Source: Mustelus asterias (lineage: Eukaryota). Taken from it: a stretch of DNA of 64,000 nucleotides. Location: contig NW_027590479.1 in NCBI RefSeq assembly GCF_964213995.1, forward strand, positions 124,001 through 188,000. The letters are read 5' to 3'. The notes beneath the pieces are model-generated. The model saw only the letters and a program-made list of their open reading frames with translations, did not search any database and was not told the origin of the DNA. The position numbers and the translations under genes are program-made. Of the stretch, positions 49,990-64,000 are shown in pieces. Every line of letters starts with the position of its first letter. The stretch's first letter is position 1.

Positions 49990-51085
49990 AGTCATAGAGT
50001 CATGGAGGTTTACAGCATGGAAACAGGCCCTTCGGCCCAACTTGTCCATGCCGCCCTTTTTTTTAAACCCCTAAGCTAATCCCAATTGCCCGCATTTGGC
50101 CCATATCCCTCCATAGCCTTCGCATCCATGTAGCTATCTAAAAGCTTCTTAAAAGACAAAATTATACCCGCCTCTACTACTACCTCTGGCAGCTTGTTCG
50201 AGACGCTCACCGCCCTCTGTGTGAAAAAAATGCCCCTCTGGACAGTTTTGTATCTCTCCCCTCTCACCTTCAACCTATGCTCTCTCGTTTTAGACTCTGC
50301 AACTCTGGGAATGGATATTGACTATCTAGCTGATCGATGCGCCTCATCATTTTAAAGACCTCCATAAGATCACCCCTCAGCCTCCTAAGCTCCAGAGAAA
50401 AAAATACTAGTCTATCCAGCCTCTCCTTATAACTCAATCCATCAAGTCACGGTAGCATCCTAGTAAATCTTTTCTGCACTCTTTCTAGTTTAATAATATC
50501 CTTTCTATAATAGGGTGACCAGAATTGCACACAGTATTCCAAGTGTGGACTTCCCAATGTCCTGTACAACTTCAACAAGACGTCCCAACTCCTGTATTCA
50601 ATGTTCTGACCGATGAAACCAAGCATGCCGAATGCTTTTTTCACCATTCTGCCCACCCGAGACTCCACTTTCAAGGAGCTATGAACATGTACCCTTAGAT
50701 CTCTTTGTTCCGTAACGCTTCCCAACGCCCTACCATTAACTGAGTAAGTCCTGCCCTGGTTCAATCTAACACAACGCATCACTTCGCATTTGTCTAAGTT
50801 AGACTCCATCTGCCATTCGTCAGCCCACTAGCCCAATCAAGATCCCGTTGCAATTGAAGATAACTTTCTTCACTCTCCCCTATGCCACCAATCTTAGTGT
50901 CATCTGCAAACTTACTAACCATGCCTCCTCTATCCTCATCCAAATCATTAATATAAATGACAAATAACAGTGGACCCAGCACTGATCCCCGAGGCACACT
51001 GCTGGTCACAGGCGTCCAGTTTGAAAAAACAACCCTCTACAACCATCCTCTGGCTTGCGTCAAGAAGCCAATTTTGTATCCATTG
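49990..51085 (-). mobile_element. CR1 LINE RT and 3' end
   Basis: [30 protein letters not shown]. Confidence 0.9.
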
Positions 51086-51597
51086 GAGGAGGAGACAATC
51101 TCGATCTTGTTTATCCCTGCATCCTAATCAAACAGGATGAAGCAATATTATAGAGAGCCGAGTGAATTCATGAATGACACAACGACTACTAAATAAATAA
51201 CCAGAGCTTTAAAACCACCAAAAAACAAGGAGAATCTAGCTAGCACAATAGAAATGGGGTCCAGAGAAAAATAAACATGGAAAGAAACGACTGGAATAGT
51301 CAAGACGGCTGGGATTGTTATCAACATATCTATTAATTTCCACATGTTCTTCTGTCGGATTTGTTGACAGCTCCCACGTGGTGCGCATTGGGCAGTTTCA
51401 TGATGTTTCTGGTGCTGTGTGAATGTGTTTGTGAGAATGCATACTATTGTGACGTTATGTACGGTGGAGTCTGTCGGCCTCATTTGTACTGTCTGGGAAT
51501 GACTTACATTTTATGAGGAACTTATATGTTGCATGGGACTCCTACTTCTGTTATATGAGGCCATTCGATAGCATGTGACTGTCACTGTCATTTCGAT

Positions 51598-51756
51598 ACA
51601 AAAACAGAAAATGCTGGAAAATCTCAGCAGGTCTGACAGCATCTGCAGAGAGAGAATAGAGCCAACGTTTCGAGTCTGAATGACCCTTTGTCAGACCGCT
51701 TCGCTCCACAGATGCTGTCAGACCTGCTGGGATTTTCCAGCATTTTCTGTTTTTGT
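51598..51756. repeat. Palindromic repeat (hairpin); partial relative at about 41.93-42.01 kb
   Basis: aaaacagaaaatgctggaaaatc.cagcaggtctgacagcatctg and its near-perfect reverse complement. Confidence 0.8.
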
Positions 51757-52181
51757 TCCAGATTCCAGGATCAGTACTTTTTTAAATCTTACTATCATTC
51801 CGATTTTCATCAGTTCTAATGTCACTGAGCTATGCTGCCTGCTGCCTCGTGGCTATAATATTTATTAGCTGTATCATTACAATGAACATTTCACATGATA
51901 AGCATCCGTTACTTTTGCCCAAGTATTAAGTAATTCAACTCAAAATTACCCAGGCTGCAGGAGACATAAAGACTAGATCGTCCCCTCCCTGGAATATCGC
52001 AATATGCTAACCCTCCCAGAATGAACATGGAAAATGAATGCTGAATCTGTTTGTTCAAGTCAGTGTAAATAATTGTGAAAATTAATTGCGTCCCTGTAGA
52101 TTTCCAACAGTATTAATGTGGGTTCCTTTGACCTTGTCACAAAGAATCTTTGTGTTCAACCGTCATCGTTTCTGATACAGA

Positions 52182-54300
52182 ATGCACGGGCGAATATCTG
52201 GTGTAGTTTATGCCATTTACTATCCAAATCTTGCTGCCATTGGAGTTCCGGGTAAGTTGTGATACTAAATCATGAACTTGACGCATCATTGAGTTATTAA
52301 GTTAGCGCTGATTATGGTAATAAAGAACATGACATTATTGTTTCCAGGTATCTTCTAAAACCTTATTTGCACAGTGATAGTTTGTCTTTCCATCACTTAA
52401 ATATGTATTTTATTTAAACTTAAGCCTTACTCATTAAGTCTTTGATACATTCAATACTCTGTGGCTGTTCTTGCCAGCATATGTATACCGAGGCGAGGTT
52501 TTTCATATCTTTGTAACCTATAGTTCCTGGGCATTCAGCTACAGGGGGTAACGTGAGAAAACATTTCCAGCAATACAAACTTTGGGCATGATTCCAAAAT
52601 CAGCGGGCACAACCTCCCAGTATTTACTCTGTCAAGCCTCATGGGAATTTCATTTGTTTCAACAGGATCGCCTTCACTCTTCGAAACTCCAGACAATGTA
52701 TATCCTTTTCTTTCACTTCTCATTATGGAACAATTAGTGTCATTGCTCAACAGAACGGGAATGTATTTTCCCAGCAAGCGGGATTTCTGATGAAAACACA
52801 TCTGATGCTCCTTAAATTGCGTTAACTTGACACATCATACTTACTGAAAATATTCCCGTGGAATTCTACAAGCCAAACCGAATCCTTATCACATTATACA
52901 TTTTAACAACACGGGTGTAACTAATATGACAACCGTATTTACAGGCTATTCTGCTTATCTATTACATGGTTCAAAGCTTGAATGCTGAATTTTACATGCA
53001 ACCCGGAGATCTTCAGCCTTTCGGTCCTAAAATTTGCAATTCCCGCCTTGTGCCACATTGCCTTTCTTGCTCATTCTGCTCATTGCATAGTTTCCTTAAG
53101 TGTATCTCATTGTCAAGTTATTCAGCATTTAACTTAATATCGCCTCATATTATTCGGTGTCAAATTTTGCTGCATTGCTTTCCTGTGAAGCGACTTGAGA
53201 CACCCTTTCCGTTAAATTTGCGACATATTTGGAGTCTGCCCTTGTAGCTCTTTTTGAAACATAATTGACCTTGAAAAGCCAGGAATAGCTGTCTTCCATA
53301 ACGAAGATAAACCAGCAAAAATGCCACACAAAACCCGCCACATCCATGTGTGTGCTTGGAAGTTGTTGAATTAATTTTGCTTTTGCTCTCAATTAACTTG
53401 ATGGCTACTGTGATCCTCTCCTGAGCAAGGTGTGGTCTCTCCAAGTGCATCACTCGATATCTGGTTTCCATGGCAGTGATAGATCTCTTTGTGGTTGTCA
53501 CCGCTGTGATATTCAACCGGATTATTGGCATTTAGTTTCCATTAAGTTTATGCCGTTGTCTCCAGCTCGTACTCTGAGTACTGTGATAATCTATGCAGTC
53601 ACGGAGAGTTCTGCCTGGTTAACCGTCGTTTTCACCTTTGATCGTTATGTAGCCATTTGCTGCCAGAAACTGCAAGCAAACTATTGCACCGTGAAAACTG
53701 CAGCTGTGGTGATTGGAATGGTCTGTTTGTTGAGTTGTTTAAAAAGCATTCCCTGGTATTTTATGTATGAACCGCTCTATATAATGAACAATGTGCCATG
53801 GTTTTGTAATTATAAAGTCAACTTTCTACACTTCCTTCTCATGGACAGCCTATGACTGGTTTGCACGTATATTAAATCCCATTCTGCCATTCCTTCTGAT
53901 TTTGTTGTTTAATGTACTGACCGTCAGACACATCCTGGCGGCCAGTAGATCCCGCCGTCGACTCCGGGCTCACAGCAGTGCAGATAATCATAGTGATCCA
54001 GAAATGAAGAACAGGAAGAAATCTGTTGTTTTACTCTTCGCCATCTCGGGAAGTTTCATTCTGTTGTGGATGACATACGTTGTGGATTTCCTCTATGTGA
54101 AAATTACAAATGAAGCATATTTCAGAGGATCCAATTTCAATGACCCATAATTCATTCGCCAATGAAGTGGAAACATGCTACTGCTGCTGAGCTGCTGCAC
54201 TAACACGTGTATTTATGCAGTGACGCAGAGGAAATTCAGAGAAGAGTTTAAACATGCAGCAAAATGCATTGGCAGTCTCATTGTAAGCATAGTAAAGTAG
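52182..54300 (+). pseudogene. GPR139-like class A GPCR pseudogene (exon 1 52182-52251, exon 2 about 53393-54300)
   Basis: AIYYPNLAAIGVP / VNLMATVILS*..CGLSKCITRYL...VFTFDRYVAICC...SCCTNTCIY; stops, frameshifts, acceptor AG changed to AA. Confidence 0.8.
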
Positions 54301-57300
54301 AAAATCCAAAAGTTTTGGTTTACATTACAAATCGAAATGTATATTTTTATCTCAGAATTTTTCGCCTTGACTTGTGAGGTGAAACTGGTCTTCGGCAGCT
54401 CCGTAAGAAAACTATCACGAGTTTCCCTTTTATTCCACTGAGGTGTCAATTGAAGAAAGTTGTATCACCTGTAAAGAAGGCAGCTGCTTTCTGGTCACCA
54501 GGCTAATGTAACCTTTCTCTTCCATTCTGTCTCCATCCTTCCTTCGAGATTTCCTCTTAAGAAAATAAGAATCGGGAGAAGAGAGGCCACTCGGCTCCTC
54601 CAAACAGTGCTGTTATTTAACATGTTTGGGACCAATCTTCTTCATGAAACAATAAATCTGCTCTGTCCCTTCATCCCTTAAACCACTTAGTGCCCCAAAA
54701 TCCATCAACATCAATCCTGAACATGTTGAACAATTGAATAACCACAGCGATCACATAGTGAAATCCAAAATTATCAACAATTGGAGCGCAGCTATTTCTC
54801 ATCATTCCAGTCCTTCTTCATTAATCTGAAACTCTCATCCTTCACACTATCTGGATGGAGAAATAGCTTCTGAGTATTCACGCTGTTAACTTCAAACAGG
54901 AGTTGAAACATGTCACAGAGATCTTCACATGATTTGAATCCAGCCACTATATACCCATACTATTCAATTTTCACCCGGTCTCTCTCGCAGTTCCTGCCTC
55001 CGGATACAAAAAGGATAGTATCAAGTATCAAGTGAAGGTCTTCAGAGGTCAGAAGTGAAATGCTAAAATAGATCAGTGAGGAACATTATTTGATGATTTG
55101 TCCTTGCATGAATCATTGAACTAGTTTAAATGCAGGTACTCTTTCTTTGAGAAAACATTCCACACATTAAGGCCATCAGGAAGAAAATCAGCCGGTCACA
55201 GCCCTCAGGATCGTCAAGGTTTCAACCAAGTGGCTTCTTAATCTTCGCAATTGTCACACATTGTCTGCCTCTAATACACATCTGTTATGTACCCTACTAA
55301 TGTTAAATACGAGGGTATCCCAGAACCAGGAGGTGTAACTTGGAACACTGGTGCTTAATGGTTTATATTTCAATTTGGTGTCCATTAAGTACGATATGCA
55401 AACCCGGGAGGAACAGTCAAGTCTTGTTGCGATCATTTAATAAAGAACATTTATTAACATAAAAAGAAAAGCGCATGACAAGCATGATGATAAAACACCA
55501 ATACAGTGCACGTAACTACACTAATGGCTATAAATACGCACGTTAACATGAAGTAACCCCTTCTTTTCCCCAACAACCAACTTTTCCTGAAATCTGACAT
55601 GCCCCTTATTGCCAAACAGCAACCAATATTATACAACTGTATGAGCATCTAGAGCATATAAGTTCCAATTCCCTGAACGATCACATTGAAGTTACCTCTT
55701 CCACACCTGATTGTATTCCCCCAATCATATATGTAGACCCTTGCTTTTCTGACTGGCATGTTAATTCACTTATCAGTACCCCCTTCTTCCAGCTGTCCTC
55801 ATAAATTTCCTTTTAAAAATTTTATTACCCAATTTTCTTTTGTTTTAATAAGTTTATTCCTAATCTAAATTTTTCCCAGAATCGTAGGTGCGATCTGGTT
55901 TGTTTCCTGGCTCCTCGTGTTGAAAACCCTTGTGCCAATCTGAAGGATTTATCCTTTAGGGAATGGAACAAAGGCATATAAGTAAAACAAAATGAGTGTG
56001 CAGAGGGAGTTGCGCTCCTGGATAGTGGACAAAGCAGAAAACGAATTCACACAGTCAACTGAGGACGACATTTGGAATAACAAAGATGGAACGTGGCATG
56101 ATCTAGGGCAAAGCAACCTCCTTCATTGGAACCCCTTCCATGCATTGACATATATCAGCCCTCGTTAACGCCTTTTGTCAAGATGCATCACCTTAAATTC
56201 CAGCTTTCACTCATTTACCAATTCTGCTAGCCTGCACCGGTCCGTTTGCAGCTGAAAGGTACAATTCTCAATCTGTGACACATTTCGAAATATTTAGAAA
56301 TTTCAATCAATATAACAAGAACACGGAACATATATAGTGCAGAACAGTGATGCGAGCACTGAACTTTGGGGGATCAACCATTGTTTATCACCAAAAACTA
56401 GGTTACATTGACATTTGTCCCTGAGGCAAAAGGGGCAAAAATGAAATTGTCCAGATTACTGGATTGAATAGAAAATAAGACTATTTTGGGATGGACTACA
56501 GACTGCACGCTCCCGAAGTACATATGTACATAAATCGCAACATGTTAGCATTGCAGATACGGTACATATTTAGGAAGGCAAACAAAATGTTCTGAATATA
56601 CAGAGTGTTGGTGAAATCATCGCTCAACACAATTTTCTTGTCCTGAATTAAGAAGGGTTATACGTGCATGGAAGCTGTTCGGGGAAGATTCACCACGTTA
56701 TTTCCAGAGAACATTTGCTTGAATTATGGCAATATGTTTAGTTAGAAGTGCCAACATACACTGGAATATCGATGAATGAGAGACGATCATTTGGAAACAT
56801 AACCTTTTCTCAGCGTGTTTCACAACATAGATGTGGAGATTGGAGAAAGGAGAACTCGTGGCACAATTTCAAAATAAGAGACCTCCAACTTAGCAGAGAT
56901 TAGGAGGAATTTCTTCTCTCAGATGTTTTTTTGTGGCCTTCCAAAGATCGAATGCTGAATTGGACATGTTTCTGATCTACAACGGAGTCAAAGGATACAG
57001 GGCGCAGGCAGGAAAGTAGATTTAAGTCTACAGTTAAATTAATTAGTGGCAAAGACCGATGAGCACATGGTTTTCAAAGAGCAATAGCATTAACAGCTGA
57101 ATGAAATGAAATTCCACAGTTATTAGGAACTGTAGGCTAGTGAATATAGGTAAATTGTTATTGCAAGGAGCGAGCCTGGAATGGAAGGGCCGAAAGCTTG
57201 CATGTGCTGTAATGATTCTGTGATTTTATTCCATGTGGAAGGAGGTGGATGAAGTAGAAAATCTCAGCAATAGTGATCATAGTATCAGAAATTGATGTTA

Positions 57301-57569
57301 CCAATAGAACGGCTGTGGGACAATATAAAATAAAAACTGGTTGAGAAACCGTGTCACCGAATTGAGCAGAAATATTGATCCAGTAAACTGCAATCTAATA
57401 CCGTTAGGCACTAATGTATTGGATCAGTGGGTGTGGTTAAGAGAAAATTAATTTTGTTACAGTTGCAAACCGTTGAGCACGACATAAGTCCAGCTGAGAG
57501 AACAACAGTGAAAATGGAGAGGCAGAACGATAGAAAACGATAGACAGAAAGAATAGAAAGAGAAATAGG

Positions 57570-57650
57570 GACACACACACGCACAAAACACAGACAGACA
57601 GACACACACACACACACACGTACGCCCACGCGCACGCACACAAACACACA
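57570..57650. repeat. (CA)n-type microsatellite
   Basis: Direct observation. Confidence 0.85.
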
Positions 57651-58047
57651 ATAATCTAGCTCAGTTTCTGTTCAATGCCAACCCAGAGGATGATAATACT
57701 CGGAGATAATTAATACCATTGCATATCAACGGGAGATGAGACCGAGTGCAATGCGTCTGATGGAGGTGATATAAACGGGAATGTGAGAAAAGAAAACTGA
57801 GAATGTGGGAGCGAGCGAGAGAGAGAGAATGACAAACCTCACAGTCAGGCATGCGGGAACCACATAAAGAGATTTGCGAAAAGAGTCTGAGCAGGTGGAG
57901 AAAGCCCAACCGACGAGATAGTGAACCAGATACAGACAAATTTAACTGTCGAATGTAGTTAATAGAATGTACATCACATTGCTGCGGCAGTTGCAAAATA
58001 TCCACAACCTTGTGTGGAGTCAAAACGTCATATTAGAAAGAAGGAAC

Positions 58048-58391
58048 ATTTTTTGTACGGGTCTCTACTGACCTGGTAACGCTGTGTGTCCCAGTACACG
58101 GTAACACACCGCACTGTCAGAGAACTGCGCATAGTGAATGCTTAAAGGAACAGTTCTTGCTGTGTTATCTAAAGAAGCATAAAGCAGCCGCTTCCCAAAG
58201 GCAGTCACATTTTTTCCAGTACTCCTTTTTTCCAATAGATATTGAGGGTGTTTCTCTGGGTGCTGAATATACCAGAAGAAAGCAGTAGAAGTATGTGATG
58301 TCGAATAATTGCAGTTTAGCTTCACACTGTCTCCGTAACTCACTCTGATACTCGGTGGATCCTGAAACACTGCCTCCATTTCCTCACTGGC
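58048..58391 (-). pseudogene. TCR V pseudogene with 23-RSS (58048-58086)
   Basis: VFQDPP...LNCNYS...FFWYIQ...DSAVCYR (second Cys lost); cacagcg-23-acaaaaaat. Confidence 0.85.
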
Positions 58392-59589
58392 CTGACTGAG
58401 AAGAATGAATATCGATGTCAAAAAGAGAAAATGATGCATAATATCAGAATACAGAACACAGCAGCAACACAGCTTCGGACCCTTAGTAATAGGTTTATAA
58501 AGCCTGCATCACCCACCCTCCACCTCAACAGTGGAACTAAATGAGCCAAAACCTGAAATGAGAACTTGAATGTACATCTGTGCGACCGATGAGCGGAAAT
58601 GGCAACTTAGATGACAGAATGACAGGTTTTCTGACAGATGTCACTTTCCATCAGCCCTCCAATCTATATCACTAAAATCGATGACCTGATTATCACTTTG
58701 TTCTTTGTGGAGTTTGAAGCGCGCCTATTAACTGCCACGTCTCCTATATTAAGGCAGTGATGAAAATTCGAAGACTTCTTTGGGTGTAAAGCTCTTTGTG
58801 AAGTCCTGATGTCATGAACGGCGGTATATAAATGGAAGTCTTTCTTTATTGCCTTTGAGAGATAGCGTGCGAATCAGAATCAGAAGATGCGATGGAAACG
58901 TTTACACTGAGTGCATTTTAACCGTTACATCAAACTCAATATCAGGAGTTTCTTTCTCAGTATCTTTCGGAATCTGTACATGTTCGTGTCACTCTATAGC
59001 TCTTCACCTCGACAACCCTATCTCTGAACTTATTGTGTCCCTCATCATGTCTCTGCACCGGGAAGGAAGATAGTGGAAGAAATATGCAGACAAGTTATGC
59101 AATAATAGTAATGGAGATTTATATTGTCTCGTATTAATTCCATGCAAGAAGTCGGTAAAGGAGGTAAACGAATAGCTTCCTACGATTGGTTTCAGATGCT
59201 TATATAATCCGAAATGCTGGACAAAGCACCAACGAGGGAAGATTTACTATTGTATCCTGTAGTCGGGAAGAAAGCAGATCAGATCCGAGAAATAACTGGA
59301 GGGGAACGTTCAGCAATACAGATCATACTTCCTCATTAAGAGGTCCGAGATGACTAAGTGTTTGACGGAAAACAACTAACCACTTGATTCAGTGACAGGT
59401 ATCCTGAACGGTACACAGTGAACCAGAATGTTTGAGTGATTCAGGTAGATGACTGAAAATTCAATAAAGAAACTCTCATGTCTGTTTGAGCTACATTGCT
59501 GGAAGTAAGCTTACCAGCGCTGCTCCAATTACGTTTGCATAAGGAATATGGAGGTCAGGGAATGCAGTTGATGAAGAGATCAACAATTG

Positions 59590-59910
59590 TCTTAGAATCC
59601 ATACATTGCAAAAGGAGGCCATCAGAACCTTCGAGTCTGCAGTGACTCTCCGACAGAATATATTTTCCCGGTCCTCTCCCCTGCTCCATCACCGTAACCC
59701 CACAGATTTATCGTGGCTATTAATTCCAACCCACAAATTTTTGACAAGTTGACATGCTAAATGCATCTAACCTGCACATCATTGAACTGTCGGAGGAAAA
59801 GGGGCACCCCACACAGACACTGGGAGCATCTGCAAACTCCACGCAGCCTGGAACTGAACCCGGATTCCTGGAATTATGAGGCAGCAGTGCTAACCACTGT
59901 GACACCACTG
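59590..59910 (-). mobile_element. Old diverged V-SINE
   Basis: gcagcagtgctaaccactg head; decayed core. Confidence 0.65.
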
Positions 59911-60771
59911 TACCACTTAATGACAGCCAAGCACACACGATGGGGTGAATGGCCCATCGCACGATCTGCAAATATTATGGAGTTGCAGGATTCCCTTGGT
60001 GGTTTACACACTTCGCTGTGCGGATGTGAGCAGTGAGGATAAGGTGGTGCTGCTCCATTGGATGACTGTCGATAAAACGCGAAATGAAGCCAAGGTCTGG
60101 TCCACTACTTTTGCTTTCACCGTCTTTGCCCGGGTGCAGACAGCAACGGAATGAATCGCCTCAGCAATTGCTGATGGCGAGTTGTGGGGCTGATCAACAA
60201 GGAAGGATCACTGCTTAAATCTGGTGAACATTATCCATTTCCAAACAATCCAAGAGCAGAGAACACACGTGACCTTAAATGTATGTCGCCAACTTTAGCT
60301 TTCTACTTCTTCTTTACACCGCCAATCTCATGGTCTCTACTAATGACGGATTCATTAAATGAGACAAATAGAAAGGGCACATTGATTTTCAGGTAGCAAT
60401 GTGAAAACTCCGCAACGACGGTAAGTCACGTTTCGGGTAGCTTTGTTTGTCGAGTTTGTCAAACTCTGTTGTCACCGCTTGAATTATTTGAATTAATTTC
60501 CAGTCATTTGATAGCGATAAGGAGGTTTACAAAAAACGGAAGCAATGAGACAGAGTTATGAGGAAAGTCGCATAAGACACAGAAGGAACCAGAAAATGCG
60601 ATTCTTTACAGCTCTCATTTATTGGCGGGGAATATCCATCAGTTCCGGCAGCGTAGCCAATCCTGTCTCTGGGAAATGCCCCTCAGTTCCTCAAAAAATA
60701 AACCTAGGTTGGAATCATCAGCAGAATTAGAGCATTTTGTTACTTTGCATCGAGATGTATACAGGGAAACC

Positions 60772-61240
60772 ATGTGTTCTCCATGTTCCTTACTGATTAT
60801 AATGATCTTGCTGCCCGGCGGGTCCATTATTAAATGGTAACCATGTCATCCAGTGGTTATTTTTAAACCCTGACTTTTGAGCCAATCTGTATTTGTGTGA
60901 CAGGAATGAGTGGCAAAACTTCAGTGTTCCAGGCTCATTTCGAATTAACAATTCGGGAAGGACAGTGTGGACTGGACTGCCGTTACTTGATAACTTACAC
61001 TACCCCAACTCTACCCTGGTACATGTAGTATTCCGGGGAAGCTCCGAGACATTTGCTGAAGAAATATAGCTTAGGGGGTTACGAAAGGTCCCCAAACGGA
61101 GGTTTTCTGCAGATTTGCAGAAGGGAAATGAAACAGTTCCTTTATATCTCGCGGGGGCTCTTCTGTCGGATACTGCCGTGTATTTCCGTGCGATGGAGCA
61201 CACACTGATACAGAGATAGAGCGGATCCAGTCCGAAACCC
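60772..61240 (+). pseudogene. TCR V pseudogene (leader 60772-60817, V 60904-61200)
   Basis: MCSPCSLLIIMILLP; SVFQ...LDC.Y...WYM*...RFSADLQK...DTAVYFRA; stop, frameshift and decayed RSS. Confidence 0.8.
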
Positions 61241-62391
61241 CCCAGAATGGGAGTTCCAGTTGGTGGCCAGAAGATGGCGCTGTCACACCGATCAATAGGG
61301 ACAAGAATTAAACCCAGTGAGAGTCACAGAAAAGAACAAAATATAACCCCACATAAGAAGTGAGGAACACTTGCGAAATTGTATTCGTTGATTTTAAGGC
61401 GCGTTCATAATAAAACTCGCCTTCGGAAATCTATTTGATCTATTTCGTTCAATTAGTGTTTTGAAGCTGTTTCCACGCCTGTCTGTAACACTAAACAACT
61501 CTTGTTCATCTCCCCTTTTAGATTTCTGGAGCCTTTGGCCCGAGACCAGTTCTCTGGTTTTATTTGATCAGAGTGTGTTGTTGGGTCAGAAACAGTTTAT
61601 GAAAAATGAACAGATTTCAGAACTCATTGACTTTGATCATTCAATTGAATTTCACAATCTTTCCCGAACAGTATTCGAATACTCATCTGATTTACAGAAA
61701 CGAGGAGCAGCGAGAAACAGATGAACAATGCGGATATGGTAAGAAGTTTAATGCTACCCTGGTATTAGGTGGAGACAGTCAGGGAGATGTGGAAACTGGC
61801 TGCTCTGAACTTCGGATTTATTTGAGAAATCAAAGTCGCAACTTTATGAAATGTGTTCAGGGTGTGGAAGCTGTCTGGAATGTAGCAATAGTGATCAAAT
61901 AAACGCTATGAACAGCTCACCCTCAAAGGCCCCCAGTAACTGAAAAGGGAGATGGAGCGACGGGTGTTCAATATGGTAAGCAGGCATGGAATAAGAAGGA
62001 AAGGACAAATAGGGACTTCGGGATCAGAGGACGTCACACAGACATGGAGAACTGTCCGTCTGCTGTGTGTGTGGCGCTTCACGGCCAGGTTTGACGGATG
62101 TTTGGGATTTTATCACCCAGGTCTGATTTTAGAGGAATACAGAGTTGATTAGCAGCAGAAGGGACGATTTAATTGACACATTCATTATGTGATGGACTTG
62201 TCGGCCTAAAACGGTTCTGCAGTTTGTTTTCTCGGCCTCTCCTGGAAACAGCTGGGTGACAGTTGATCCGAGGTGAATATGGTTTCCTGTCGGTTTGTGT
62301 TTGAGCGGCTGACAGCGCCGCTGCTCATTGTGGCTGCATCTGCCAGAGGTTCTATACAGCAGCGAGGAGCTCTGACTTATCTTGCTGAGAC

Positions 62392-62430
62392 AGTTTTTGT
62401 ACAGGAGTCAAACTGCTTTCCATCACTGTG
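62392..62430 (-). other. 23-RSS
   Basis: cacagtg-23-acaaaaact on the minus strand. Confidence 0.95.
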
Positions 62431-62889
62431 AGGCTGAAAGCGCAGTAATACACGGCCGCGTCAGACAACTGCAGATCCGAGATAGTCAAACTGATGGATT
62501 TCTTCGAGGTTTGGAGGTTAGCCGAGAAACGGATTTTAGCAAAATCTGCTTTATATTCATTACCCCCCGAGTACTTCCACAGTATGCACTCGGGCTGGGA
62601 GTCTGGATGCTGTCGGTACCAGTATAAATAATAGTAGGTTTCTGCAGTATCATAGTTGCAGTTTAATGTCACCGCGTCTCCTTCTGTCTTAACATCTGAG
62701 GACAGCGGCTGAGTGACAGAATCTCCATGGGTCAGACCTGGAAAATATGTTCAGATAGATAAAGAATAGAGTGACGTGTACTCAACAGTAAGATTCAACC
62801 CAAGTTTTGGAAATGAGAAAACAAACGTGATGTCCAGATATACCTGTTACAAATGCCCCCCACACAATCCAGATGCCGAGTACCCGCAT
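62431..62889 (-). CDS. Intact TCR alpha/delta-type V gene (leader 62844-62889, V exon 62431-62737)
   Basis: MRVLGIWIVWGAFVT / GLTHGDSVTQP...LNCNY...WYRQ...DAAVYYCAFS; canonical splice sites. Confidence 0.92.
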
Positions 62890-64000
62890 TGTCTCTGTCC
62901 GCTCTGTAAAGGAGGAATCGGATATTTGAAGACACCCATTCTAATCCCCACCCTTAATAATCTGATGACGAGTCTCAGAATGCTCACGCGTCAGTTCCGT
63001 GTCTCGCCAGTGGCTCCGTGAGATTGATAATTGCTCAGATGACTGTTAGTGAATGGAAGCTCTCCAACTTGTCCTCCATTCGATGTCCCTGTTGGGCGAA
63101 TTGTTCCGCTTTGGAAACGGGATGTCAAGAAAAAAAAACTTCATTTTGTTATTGGAACGGAGGAGCAAGGAGTGTTGATTGATTTGGTGGATTTCCAATC
63201 AATGTTCTGTGCACTTTCTCTTAGCTTTCGCATCCGAGCATTAGTGCCTGAGACTCCAGTGAGAGTCCAGAGAACGGTGGAGGCTGAGGGCCACAGAATA
63301 ATTTTAAAGCTGAGTGAAACCAATATTTTAACTAAAATTTATGCCATGGTTCAAGAAGATCAAGGCAGCAAAGTGGATTTAAACGGAAGATCAGATGAAC
63401 TGTAATCTGACTGAATGGTAGAGCAGATTTGCAGGCAGCCGAATTTTTATGTTCGAATGTTCAGATATCAGTGGATGGGCTGTGAGATACTTTGCAATCT
63501 TCGTTGTTTTACTAAAGGAACAGGGAAGTCGATCAGTGAGCTCCAGTTGCCTGTTTATTGTTCCTGAGATAATGTAAAAAGTGTACTGTGGATGTTGTAC
63601 TGAAACTTGACCATGCCTGAAATCAGCAGGGTTAGGATATCAAATTGTTATAGTGCAGCTAATTATGACATTGCCTTTTCTTCAAAGGTCCACTCAGGGA
63701 CAACAAGATGCACTTGGTAGTTGTGGCCCCATCTCATATAATATACTGGGAAGTGTCAACTTCAAGAACTTCCGTTTTTTCTTCTTAATCATTGTCAACA
63801 TGGGGTCACTGGGAAAGTAATTCACGAACCCAGAATGATGCTTTGGGAAAAGTAGTTCAATCCCATCATATCAACTGGTTACATTTAAATTCGATTGACG
63901 AGAAAAGTAGTCAAAATTCTACCCCAGCAGCTGGTTAAATTTAAATGTGATTAATTGATATTGAAAGCTACTCGCAATGATCGTTCCGAACGCGATCACT

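Overview
Cartilaginous-fish (shark-like) genomic DNA from an antigen-receptor locus, most consistent with the TCR alpha/delta V region. From left to right it holds: (1) a damaged IgM heavy-chain constant gene (CH1-CH4, secretory tail, TM1, TM2; 3.7-10.9 kb); (2) conventional TCR alpha/delta-type V segments with 23-RSS in both orientations (two intact, five pseudogenes); (3) decayed tRNA genes; (4) two NAR-TCR cassettes (leader - NAR-like V - J - leaderless supporting V-delta) arranged tail-to-tail as an old inverted duplication (about 40.55-49.85 kb); (5) a GPR139-like GPCR pseudogene. CR1 LINEs and HE1/V-SINEs are abundant throughout. The most striking unexplained structure is at 44.0-44.6 kb, where each supporting V is followed not by one RSS but by five tandem 61-bp units, each a complete heptamer-23-nonamer RSS, and the two arrays face each other. 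The NAR-like Vs also carry a long germline CDR3 and a 12-RSS facing a 23-RSS J with no visible D, suggesting germline-joined VD or D-less joining. All coordinates and translations were read by hand; family assignments rest on recalled motifs, not database searches.
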